Positions 13,301 through 25,000 of a stretch of DNA of 64,000 nucleotides are shown in pieces. Source of the stretch: Cyanophora paradoxa CCMP329. Its lineage: Eukaryota; Plantae; Glaucophyta. Each line of letters begins with the position of its first letter. Position 1 is the stretch's first letter. The notes under the pieces are model-generated. The model was not told where the DNA came from. It ran no database searches and saw only the letters and a list, made by a program, of their open reading frames with translations. The stretch lies in contig QPMI01000247.1 of the NCBI GenBank assembly GCA_004431415.1, positions 1-64,000 on the forward strand. Direction: 5' to 3'. A program made the translations under genes and the position numbers.

Positions 13301-14188
13301 GCTTCTCGAGTAATGTATACGGGTGTGTGGCACGGGGCGCGCCCGCCGTCGTCTGACTCTTAGAGCGTATTCACGCTAGCGCTGACTGAATCATCGTGCG
13401 CAGCCAGCGCGACGCGCTGTCGCGGGCGGGCCCGCTCGGCGCGCGCGCTCTTCAGCGCTCTGCTCTGCTTACTCCTTAGGAGTGGCCCGATCGACCATCT
13501 GTCGGCTGTCCTGTCCTTGGGAATTCGAAGCGACGAAGGCAAGACCCTGATTGCCACAACCCCTGCCCTGCGCTTGCATATTGCACGCTCCACGCGCTTT
13601 TCTTGCATCCGTTTCTGCGGTTACGCGCGGCCCTGCCGGAGGCCCGCGGATCCGGCCTAGGCCTCGAGCTCGAGGTTGAGCTCGCACAGCGGCGCAACGT
13701 GCTAACTCGCTTGCGCTCGCCGCGGGCGCTTGCCGCTCGTACGCCACGTCTTTGCAATCTGTATGCGAGTACCGCAGTTTCGCAGAGCCTATTGTGTCTT
13801 TTTTTTTCGGCCCCCCTTCACTTGCAGGGGACCCTTCAGTTAGAGCCCGCCACTGACCCCCAGATTCTTCTTGGAGCAGCGCGTCAGCAGCCTAGAGAAG
13901 GTGCTTTCGTGTCCCATAGCCCGCGCCGCTGCTTTAGACCTCGGTGCGCGGCCAGCGGCCGCCGCGCCAGCTCTAACCGCTCGAAGAGGGCTTGCGCGAA
14001 TAGCTCCCGGACCTTTCTCTGATGCGCAAACGATGCGCAGGTGAAGTAACTGTGCCTTTCCGCTCGAGGAGATCAGCGGAGGCCGCCGGCAGAGCGGCAG
14101 CAGCTTCCGGCGAGAACGCGGCACAGCTTGCCCGGCTCGCTCGAACGACGCAACACAGCCGTTGTGCTCGGCTGTTCTTTCGATAAAC

Positions 14189-16002
14189 ATGGTTCGTGGG
14201 CGTCCGGAAGCCCGCGCGCAGGCGCCGCTCGCACACGGCTGACCCGCGTACGCGCAGACGCGAGCTTCGCGTTACGTGCCCCCGGCAGCGCCGGCGGGTT
14301 CTTCTTCTGGTGCGCGTAGGCGTTTTCCGAGGTCTCGGAGCACACTTGCCTTGCCTGACTGTCGCTCCGCGCTCTTTCGCGCAGCGCCCGCGCCGGTGAA
14401 CGTGGCGGAGGTCGCCCTCGCGCGCAAACGCTTCCGGAAGCCGGAGGACAGCCCCTGGTCGCCAGAGGAGCTCCTAATCGCTATCCAGTTGCATCGAGAG
14501 TGCGTTTTGCGTTCCGACCGCGGACTCGCAGAATTTGATCCCGCCGCAGTATGGGCCCGGCGTGGGCGGAGATCGCGCAGCACTTGCCCGGACGCGACGC
14601 GAGGGCAGTCCGCAAGCGCCTCTGCGGCGGAACGGACTCCAGCGGCGCGTCGGAGGGCCTCTCGTCCGACTTCGACCACTCGCCGGACCCGCCCCCGCGG
14701 GCGAGCGCCGGCGAGCAGAGGAGCAGCGTTTCTCCCACGATCGCCCGCCGGGTCCGTCCGTTCCCTTCCGCCTCGCCCGGCGCGCTTCTTGCTGATCTCC
14801 TGCGTGTGTCGCGCAGTCCTCGTCGCCGCCCGCCTTCTTGACGGGACAAGCCCCGCCGGGCGGCGCCGGCGCCGAGTCGTTGGCAGTGTCCGTGCTGCCG
14901 CGCCGCGCGAGCGCGCGGCGGGCCGCGAAGACCCTCGCGGTGGTTAAGGCCGAGGCCGCCGAGAGCGGCAGCGAGGCCGGGGCCGAGGCCGAGGGCGAGG
15001 AGGCCGACGCGGATGCGGAGGGCGAGGGCGAGGGCGAGGAGGAGGAGGAGGAGGCCGGGGCGGAGGAGAGCGGGAGCGAGGTGGCGGCCAGCGACGTGAG
15101 CCGCGAGAGCAGCGACAGCGGGGAGGAGTTCGGGCGGCGCCGGCGCCGCTCGGGGGCCGGGGGGCGGAAGGGCCGGCGGGGGCGGGTGGGGGGGGAGGAC
15201 TCGCGGCAGCGGGTGCGGTGGACGGTGGCGGAGGACGAGGAGCTCAGGGGCCTCTTCGCCCGCTGCGGGCCCGCCTGGGAGGCACGCCCCCCCGCCCGCC
15301 CGCCGTCCCCCGCCCCCTCCAGCGCGCCGTCGGCGCTGACCTCTCGCTCGGGCAGACGATCGCGCGGAAGCTGTCGACGGACCGCACCGCCAAGCAGGTC
15401 TCCGAGCGCTACCGAAACCACCTGGTGCGCGGCGGCGCTCGAGGGGCCCGGCCCCGGCGGGGGCGGGGGCGGGGCTGAGGGCCTGGCGCCCCCCAGGACC
15501 CGGAGCTGCGGAAGGAGAAGTGGACGAAGCTGGAGGACGAGGCGCTGGTCGAGCTGCACGAGTTCCTCTGCGGCTCCTGGAAGGACATCGCCCTCCGCAT
15601 GCCCGGTCCGCCCCCGGCCCGGCCCGGGGGGCGGCGCGCGGGGCCCGGGGAGGCACGTCTTCTCAAACGCTCTCCTGCGCAGGCCGCAGCCGCACGGACG
15701 TGAAGAACCGATGGAACAGCCACCTGGTGCGCCGGGAGCGGGAGGGGGCCCGGGGCCGGCGGGGGCGCGGCCTCTGACGGGGGCCGGCAGGTGCGGAAGA
15801 ACCCGGGGCTGGCGCGGGCGCGGGAGGGCATCCTGCGGCGGGTCGCCCAGGGCGTCCTGCGCGTTCCGCCACCGCACGCCCCGCTCCCCGAGCGCGTCTC
15901 CGCCGCCTGCCGCGCCGCCGGCATCCAGCTCCCGGGCCCCGCCGGCGTCGGGGACGAGGCCTCCTCGGCCCCGGCCCCGCGCGCGGGGCGGGCCGGCCGC
16001 CC

Positions 16003-16047
<45 letters not shown>

Positions 16048-17539
16048 GGCCGGCCGCCGCTCGGCCCGCTCCACCTCGGGGGCTCTGTCGAGCGCGTCGC
16101 CTCCTCCCCCGAGGCCGCCGCCCCGGCGCCCGCCTCGGCCCGCGGCCGCGCCGCGCGCCCCGCCCCAGCCAAGCGCGGGCGCGGCGCGACGGGCCGCCCC
16201 GCCGCCGCCCCCGCCCCCGCCGGCCGGGGGCGGGCCGAGCCCGCGGGACCGGCGCGCGGGCGCGCGGGCGGCCGCAGCGGCGCCCCGGCGGCGGCTGCGG
16301 AGGAGGAGGCCGCGCAGAGCTCGGACACGGCGGGCGAGGGGAGCCGCCTTCGCAGCAGGCGCAGGCGCAGGCGCAGGCGCAGGCGGGGCGGGCGGCGGCG
16401 GCGGCGGCGATACGGGAGCGGCTGCTGGGGAGGGGCCTGCCGCGCACGGGGTCGGCCCCCGCCGTCGGCGTCCCTTCGGCCTCGCCAACACCTTCATCGC
16501 CTACGGCGGCGTGCGCCCCCGCCCCCGCCCAGCGCCCCGAGCGCCCCGAGCGCCGCCGGGGCCGACCGGCCCGCCCGCCCGCAGGCGCAGAGCGTCTTCG
16601 CGGGCCTCGCCGGCCGCCCGCTGGCGCAACTGCCCCGCGCCAACTCGCTGCCCGGCAGCGGCGGCAAGCGGCCGCGGGCGGCGTCGGGCGGCGTCGCGGC
16701 GGCGGTGGCGGCCGAGCAGGGCGCCTCGGAGAGCGGGAGCGGCTCGGAGGAGGGCGACGCCGCGCCGGCGGCGGCGCCGCGCAAGCCCGTGCGGCGCGTG
16801 CTTTACCCCGGCGGCGGCGCCCCGCCGCTCGAGCCGCTGCAGCCGCTGCGGGCGGCGGCGGTGCAGGCGACGGTCCTCCAGCCGCAGGGCCGCCCGCTCC
16901 TCTCCTTCCGCCCTGGCAGCGCCGCCTCCTCCCCCGTCCCTCGGCGGCTGTCGCGGCGGCCGCCCCGTCGGGCGCCGGGGCGCTGCTGCGGCGCACGCCG
17001 CCCGGGTCCCCCGCCGGGGCCCCGCGCCGGCGCCGCTGCCGGTGGGTGGCTTCTTCTTCGACTCGCCGCGGGCGATCCGCGCTGTGGCCTCGGCCGGGCC
17101 GGCCGGCCCCGCGGTCAAGGTCACGGCGGGGGCAGCCATAGCCTCCCGGCTCGCCCCGCGTAACCGCCTCGCCGGCGCCGGCGCCGGCGGCGGCCGCGGC
17201 GGCGGCGGCGCACGCGCACGCGCGGGCGGCGGCGGCGGCGGGCCTGGTGCCCGTGCTGGGTTCCTCCTCGGGTCCCCGCCCCACGCCCTCTACGGGCAGG
17301 CCTTCCCCGGCCACGGCCACGGGCACGGCCTCCTCCCGCAGGCCCACTACGGCTTCGCCTCGCCGCTGCCGGGGGCCGGCCCCGGGGCCGCCTCCCTCGG
17401 CGAGGAGGCGGCGGTCGGCTTCGCGTGGCTCCACGCGCCCGGGGCGGGCGGGGCCGGCGGGGCCGGCGGGGCGGAGGCGGGGGCCGCCGGCGGCGGCGAC
17501 GTCGCGGACTTCCTTTCCCACGAGGCCGGCCTCCACTAG
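14189..17539 (+). CDS. MYB transcription factor: one isolated N-terminal Myb repeat, an R2R3 pair, polyQ and low-complexity tail (spliced; start uncertain)
   Basis: PWSPEELLIAIQLHREYGPAWAEIAQHLPGRDARAVRKRL; RWTVAEDEELRGLFARCGPAWETIARKLSTDRTAKQVSERYRNHLDPELRKEKWTKLEDEALVELHEFLCGSWKDIALRMPGRSRTDVKNRWNSHL; stop at 17539. Confidence 0.85.
16004..16045 (+). repeat. (CAG)14 polyglutamine tract in the MYB gene
   Basis: Seen directly. Confidence 0.9.
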
Positions 17540-17994
17540 CCTAGCAGCCGCGTCCAGCCGCCCGGCCCCGCGCCTTCGAATCACCCCTCGCAGAGTCGCC
17601 CCCGCGCCCCGCTTCGGTTCCCTCTAGCTTCTGCCGGACTGTAGCCGGCGCTGTCCCAAGCCCAAGCGTCGAGCACCCGCGCGCGGGCCTTGACTTCAAC
17701 TGTGCCCGATCGCGAGCTTCCCTTCTTTTGGGCGAGCCGCCGAGCCTTGGAGTTTTAACGGCTTCGAGATTGCGCTTTCGGACCTGATCCTTTGTAATTA
17801 GCCTAGCTATATATAGCATGCACAGCGAATGACGTACGCGTGGATCGCGAGGCAGTCTTTGTAAACGTTGTTCGAATTCGCACCGGTGCCGCGCTTCCGG
17901 CAGCTGCGCATGCATGCGCAATCGCACAGTCGACGTTATAATTAAAGGCTCGGCCCTGAGCGCCCGCCGCCCGGCGCCTGCCTGGGCCGGGCCC

Positions 17995-18128
17995 GGAGGG
18001 GCCTGCCGCCCACGGCCTCGGCGTCCGCCGTTGGCGTCCCCTTAGCTTCGGCCTCGCCAACACCTTCATATGCATCGCCTACGCGTACGGCGGCGCGCGT
18101 GCGCTCCCGCCCCCGCCGAGCGCCCCGA
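17995..18128 (+). pseudogene. Decayed noncoding copy of MYB exon segment 16429-16540
   Basis: Colinear alignment sharing e.g. ttcggcctcgccaacaccttcat, with four short insertions and a few substitutions. Confidence 0.85.
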
Positions 18129-19033
18129 TACTATGATATCGCGAGCGCCGCCCCGATCGATATCCATGCATTTGCATATGCATCCTCATGCTCAGGGCCT
18201 GCATGTGCATGTACATATGCATGTCGACGTCGCCGAGTCGACGCCGACTCGACGTCGACGTCGATCGCGATGTCGACGTCACCTCGAACCCTGCTCCGAG
18301 GCTGCTCGCCTTGCCTACCAACAGGCTACCCCCCTGCAGCCTCTGACATCACAGGCTCTCAGGAGTCTTAGCCTAGCGTCGTAGGAGGATGCACATGGAC
18401 GTCGACGCGTCCACGCTCAATTCAACCGACCAACGCGCGATCTTGTACCCCCGTACCCCTACCATTTTTTTATATTACGTGACTAATACGTGTACGTTGC
18501 GCGTGCATGCACATACCCCAGCAGCTTGCGAGATGCTTGCAGGCTAAAAAGTTGCAGCAGCCTGCATGCGCATGCGCAGCGCGGGATTCCTAGCGCGGCA
18601 GTTCCAGCTCTCCTAGGCCTATAGCTAGGCCTGCAGCAGCGCAGCAGCGCAGCAGCAGGCGGAGCAAGCCGCAGGTCGGTGTCACGGTAGCAGCAGCGAG
18701 CCGCTGAGCAGCGATACGTTGTTGTTCGACCATTCCTGTGCCAATGAACCACCGCGACCGCTCCCACGTCGGTGAAGCGCGAGGTGCGCAAACTTGAGCT
18801 CCGACTGCGATCCGTTCCCGGGTCCGATCGGAGGAGTTTCGAACCGCCACGACTCCCCGCGCGCGGCCGTGCCTAGGCGCCGCCTAGGCTTCGAATTCGC
18901 CCATATGCACATGCATGGCCATCGGACATATACACCCCGCGCGCGCCGCGCTCCCAGGACAGTCCATATGCAGGGCCTCGGCACTCTGAGCCGGCGCGCG
19001 CGGCGCTGGCTCGCGCGCCGCCTCGCTTAGGAG

Positions 19034-22000
19034 ATGCCTGGTGCCTGGGCCTGGCCATGGCGAGCTCACGCGCCGTCCCGAATCCCAGCAGGGCGAGCCG
19101 AGCTTCAGCGCTGCCGCCCTCGGCGCGCACAGTTGACGGTCGTGGCCATCTGCTTGGCGCTTGCAGCGGGCGCTGCCGTCCTGGCGCCCGCCGCTGCGGT
19201 GTCGCTCTCAAACGGCAACGTCTTCCTGAAAGGTCCGCGATCCCGATCGGGCGCCGGCGCAGGACCTCGTCCTCTTCATTCGCGGCTCCCAACTGACCAT
19301 GTACATCCTCCGGGCCGGGATCCATTGCGCAGGCGAACACGTCGCTGTGGTGCGAGGCTCTTGCGCCATCCGCAGCCCTTGCGATGAACCCCAGCTATGC
19401 ATCGAGTGCTCTCGCTAAGCCAGGCCTTTCGTACGCTTCGGCAGGGCATTACCAGTAACTTCTTCTTCGGCGCCCCCTGGGGAAGTGAGCGCGACAAGCT
19501 CGTGGGCGATGGCTTCACGTTCTTCCCGACGATCGCCGACACCAAGAAGTCGTACGGGCTCACGGTGAGTCACAGTTGGTCGTTTCCCAGCGATCTAGAG
19601 CAATCTATTGCAATTGCCAGCGCTCTGTAGCTCGGCTTTCGCCTCTCAGCGTCTGATCATGAGGCCCGCGCTACTCGCCGCAGTGCAGCAACTGCAACCC
19701 CGGCGGCTCCCCAAGCAACCTCGGTGACTACGTGCGCGATCCGCAGCCCCCCCCCCCTCCGTTTCTCCCCCCCTCCCGCTCTCCACCTCCCGGTCCCCCT
19801 CCCCTGCCCCCCTTCCTCCCCCCCCTCCCCTGCCCCCTTCCTCCGGGATCCCCCCCCCGTCCCCTGCCCCCCTTCCCCCCTCCCCTGCCCCCTTCCCTCC
19901 CCCCCTCCCCTGCCCCCCTTCCTCCCCCCCCCTGCCCCCCCTCCCCCCTTCTCCCCTTCCGCCTCCCAGTCCCCCTCCTCGCCCCCTCCCCTCTCCGCCC
20001 TCCTCCCGCCTCCCCGCATCCCATTTGCAACCCCGCAACCCCCCTCCCCCGGCCCGCCTCCCCGCATCCCAAACGACCTCCTCCCCTCCACCCCGCCCAC
20101 CATCGCCCCTCCACCGCCCACCCCCACTCCCGCCACGCCACGCCCTGTCCCCCCCCCCCCCCCGCCCCCTCCTCTACTCTTGATTTTAGCCCCTCCTCTT
20201 TTCTTAAATTTAGCTATATAGATCAATTTCCCTCCGCTGATCGTGAGTCGCATTTCGAAATGGTGCGGCGTCTGCGGCTTCGCATTCGCAGTTCCTGAAT
20301 GGAGGTTCGTGTATACACGCTGCTGCCCTCGAACTCGCCGCACGGGCCGCCTGCAAACAGCATCACGCGTAACCTCACGCGATGTTCGGATTCGTGCGCA
20401 GACACGACCGAGGGCTGGACCCTCTTCTTCTCGAGGAAACTGGACACAGGGTCCATCTCCAGTCGCGCGTTTACGAACTACCAAGGCCAGACGTCCTACG
20501 GCACGACGGTGCGTGGGCCCGCGGAGCAGCCTTGCGATGAGCTGTGCATTAAGCTGATCCGTTCGTCGCGCCGATCGCGACTGCGGCCCCTCAGACGAAC
20601 TCCTTCTCTGAGACGAGCAGCGGGACGACGAGGAGCGCGACTCACGTCAGCGTCGGCACCGCCAACGGTGCGCGCACTGCCGTAGACCTCGGGGCTCGTC
20701 GCCCCACCCTGACTCGAGCTGCGCGCAGGCGGCTCAATCACCGTGACGCACACCGCGCGCTTCGAGGAGCGGGACCGCGCGATCAAGTTCGACGTCACGC
20801 TGACGAACACCGGCACGACGGAGCTGACGAGGGTGCACTTCGCGCGCTTCATGGGTGCGCCGGCGCCCCGCCTCGCCAGCTCAGATCTGATCTGCATATT
20901 TCACGATCTTGAGGGCGCCGCCGCAGAGTCCGAGATCGACCAGGCGATCGCGGGGGGCACCACGAACTCCGACAGCTATGAGATCAGCGCTCAGGTGCAC
21001 ATCCAGATCGTGCCCTCGGGCCTCCAGGCGTTCGGCTCACGTCGAGCGCGTGCCCTTGCGACACGGGGCGCAGGACAACCAGGATTCGGCGACCGCCCCC
21101 CCGTGTGAGGCGTCGGTCACCAGCCGGGGCAAAGCCAATCCGTGCGCATGCGCACCGTGGGCGGTGAAGCCGCCTGCCCGACCCGAAGACGGCTGACATC
21201 GGGATCGATCACCAGGAACCTGTTCATCAAGCTTTCCTCATCCTCGTGCACGGGCCAGCCCCGTGCGCGGTACACCACGGCGGTGCGCCGGATTCCTGCC
21301 CCCGGGCCCACCCTTCTAGCATGCCCTGCCTACACCGGGACCCAACCTATAACATCAACGTGATCGTGAGTGTTCCTCAGATTGGGGACTTCGGGCTGAA
21401 AGTGCCCACCACTTACTCGAGCACCGCCTTTCCGCGCGGGACCTTCGTGGTGCGATCCACCCTACTATAGCTAGCTAGCTGGCTCGGCTGGGACTGCAGC
21501 GAAAGCGATACGCGCATTCGCGCTTCCGCGCGTCGTCTGAATTCTTCGCCGGATCCAGAACAACACGGACCGGTTCATTGGCCTCATCTTCAACTTCCCC
21601 ACCTTCTCCCCTGGTCCGCCCGCGACCGGCTTTCCTAACTTAAGCCGTGCCTCAAACACGCGGGTGCAGGCCAGAGCGTCTCCTTCTCGTACGAGTACAG
21701 CATGCCCACCGGCATCGCTTCGGCCGCGGCCAGCACGCCCACGCCGACGCCGACGCCCACGCCGAACCCGAATGCGAACCCCGCGGTGAGCCGGCCGTCG
21801 TCGCAGATCTAAAGCGCACGCCAGCGCGCCGGTTGTTTGTGTCTAGATCTTGTCGTTGATGGGGCGCTCGTGGCCGTGGGCGGGCAGCCGACCCCGGCGC
21901 CTTGTGTGGAGTCGGCTTCCTACGACCAGCTTGCCTGGCCCGGCTGCGCCACGGCAGCGAACCGCAACCCGAGTGCACTCTTCTCCGTTGGCAGAAAGTA

Positions 22001-25000
22001 CGGCACGTTCTCGCCGGCCCTGCAGAACCAGACCCGTCGCGCACTTCAGCAGAGCGGGCTCACCCAAGACCCGTCAACCATTGTCATGGGCGCCAGCCTT
22101 TTCCCCTCAACAACAACGGACCGGTCCGTTTCCGCGATGCACCGCGCCGAACGTGGACAGCGCAGGCCGACTCACCCGACCCGAATGCCGCGCGCGGCCG
22201 CAGGGACGTGACGCTACAGCCGTGCGTGACCGACCCGGCGCTTGGCTCGTACAGCCTTGCGGTGCTGGTCTTCGAGGCGGGCGCCGTCGGCACCTGCGGC
22301 TCGGCCCCCGCCGACAGGGACCTGAACCTGGCGTCGGCGGCCGCGTCCATCGCCCCCGGCTCGTGCAGCGCCCCGGGGGCCTTCAAGTGGACGGCCAAGG
22401 CGGGCGTCCAGTACGTCGTGGTCCTGGTCCAGCTCGCCGGCCCCTTCGCCCCGTCTACGGTGGCCTCGCTCGGCGGGAGCCTCTACGTGTCGGACTCGGC
22501 GTGCTCCCCCGCGTGCCTCGCCGCCCCGACGCAGCCGCTGGGCCTCTCGTGCTCGACCGCGCAAGCGAACGAGACGATCGAGACGGGCACGCGCTTCCTG
22601 CAGAAGGTCCTCCCCAACACCGGCCCCGAGCGCTTCTTCTCTTTCACGCCCACCGTCACGGGGTGCGCGCCCGCGCGGCCGCGGTCCTCTGCGCGAACGT
22701 CGACACCTTCAGCTTGAGGCCTGGCACGCTGACGGGGCACCCCTCGCGCAGGCTGTACACCTTCAGCTCCTGCGGCAGTCGTGCGCCGTGCCTCGGGGGC
22801 TGCTAGCGCTCTCCATAGTGCACGTGCCGCCCCGCGTACTGACTTGCGATCGCGCCTTCGCGCGCAGCGACTCGCCTCTGGCTGTTCCGGGAGGTCCTGT
22901 TCGCCAACCCGACCAGCAGCGAGTACTGCATTGGGGACGCGAAGGCCCAGGAGGTCAAAGTGGACGACGTCAACTGCGGCGGGTTCGGCAGCGGCGGCAA
23001 GCTCTTCGACGTCTCCCTCGCCGCGAACACGAACTACGTTCTGGTGGTGGACGCGCTGACCGACGACAAGTTCTCGTTCACGCTGGCGATGTTCTCCCAG
23101 ACGTGCCCCACGCCGAGCCCGACGCCCGTCCCCCCGCCCACCCCGACCGCAAGCCCGAGCCCGACGCCGAGCCCGAGCCCGACGCCGAGCCCGAGCCCGT
23201 CGGCCAGCCCTTCGCCCAGCCCAAGCCCTTCGCCCAGCCCCTCGCCGACGGAGACGCCCAGCCCGAGCCCGAGCCCGAGCGCCTTGCCACCGCCCACCCC
23301 GAGCCCGTCTCCCAGCGCGCCACCCAGCGTTAACCCGACTGCTGTACCTGTGCCCCCTGTGCAGTCCACCCCATCTCCGACGGTGACGCCCAGCCCGAGC
23401 CCGAGCTCCGCACCGACGGAGACGCCCAGCCCGAGCCCGAGCCCCTCGCCGACTGTGACGCCTAGCCCTAGCCCGAGCCCCTCGCCGACGGAGACGCCGA
23501 GCCCGAGCCCGTCGTCGGCGGGGCCAACGCCCAGCGCGACGCCCAGCGCGACCCCGAGCGCGACGCCGAGCCCCACGCCGGCGCCCATCCGGTGCTCGCC
23601 CCCGGCGGAGGAGGTCGCGATCCCGCAGTGCGCGGACAGCGGCACGTACGACATCACGCTGACCCGCAACGCGACCGACCCGGAGACCTTCGCGATCGAC
23701 AAGATGCGGTGGATGGCGCAGAAACAGGGCCAGAAGGCCGAGCTCTGGGCCGTCCTCAAGTCGTTCCCCAACGCCACCCGGTGCGGATCGTAGGGGCGGG
23801 CTCAGGAGACCCTGGACCGCCAGCGCCCCAAGCGATTCTAACGCGGCACGTGCGCGCGCGGCAGATTGATCGCGATCCACACGTGCCGGAGCGACCTTTT
23901 CTACGGTCAGTCCAGCACCGATTGCAACCTCGCGCTGTTCCCGCGTGGCGCGACGCGCGTGAACTGACGCGCGGCCGCGGGGGGCTCCTGGGGGCAGGGA
24001 CCGAGACCGGGCACCACGACACGCGGATGTACGTGTGGGCCGTCGCGCCGGACGCCAACCAGAGCTGCCCCTTCCCCCTCGTGGATCTCCCCTTCAACCC
24101 GCGGCCGCCTCTCGTCGGGTCCGACGACGACTCCTGCGGGTTCCTCTCGTCGGCCCGCATCTTGGCCCAGACCGGCTGGACCTACTACGTCGGAGTCGAG
24201 CACTTCTACACGGGATCGGGCGCCTTCGACAAGCGCGTCAAGCTCACCGTTGAGGACAAGGCGCTGCCGACTTGCTCCACGCCGCTGCCCGACCCGCCCA
24301 TCCCGCCCCGCCCCGTCGTCTCACCCGGGTTCGCCTTCCCCTCCCCCCCTCTATCTCCATCCCCGGTGCCTCACGCGCGCGTGCGCGGGCGCCCTTGTAC
24401 GCACAGGCCGACCCCGACGCCCACGCCGTGCCCGGCGTTCGGCGCGGCCTCTGTCTCGGCCATCAAGCTGCAGCCGAGGCCCGCGCCCCTCCGGCGCCGC
24501 CTCACCAACGACGCGGCGCCGCCCCCCGGCGTCAACCCGCCGCTGCCAATTGGCGGGCCGGTCATCGGCCCGGTGCAGTCGTACACCGCTGGCGCCACGC
24601 CCCTGCCGTCCTACACCATGCCCAACCAGCGACCGCTCTCGGACTTCATCGTCAGCGACGCCGGCGTGGGCGCGCAGACCGTCGACGTGGCGGTCAGCTA
24701 CAACACGAAGTGCGAGTCCGGGGCGACCCCCACGCCCTCGTGCGCCCCCCGCCCCGCCCGATGGCCCCGCCGCCCGCCGCCCCCTCCGCGCTCTCGCCGA
24801 CTCTCGCCATACTCCGCAGGCCGAGCGCCGCGACGGCGGTCGCCACCCCGACCCCAAGCCCCGTCCGCCCCGCGCGCCCCCGTACCCGCCCTTCTCACCC
24901 CCCTGATCATGATCTCCCGGCAGAGCCCGTCCGCCGCGCCCACCCCCTCCCCGGCGGGGCCGGAGACGTACCCCTCGGTCGCCGTCTACTGCGCCACTCT

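Noticed and set aside
14474-17584. 1036-aa minus-strand ORF and overlapping 767-aa plus ORF
   Set aside because: GC-rich shadow frames over the spliced MYB gene; Arg/Gly/Pro-rich with no domain signal (only part of the plus ORF is real exon).
19724-20298. Proline-rich extensin-like ORFs
   Set aside because: Translation of an irregular C tract; lacks the regular codon periodicity of the real SP repeat at 23107-23590.
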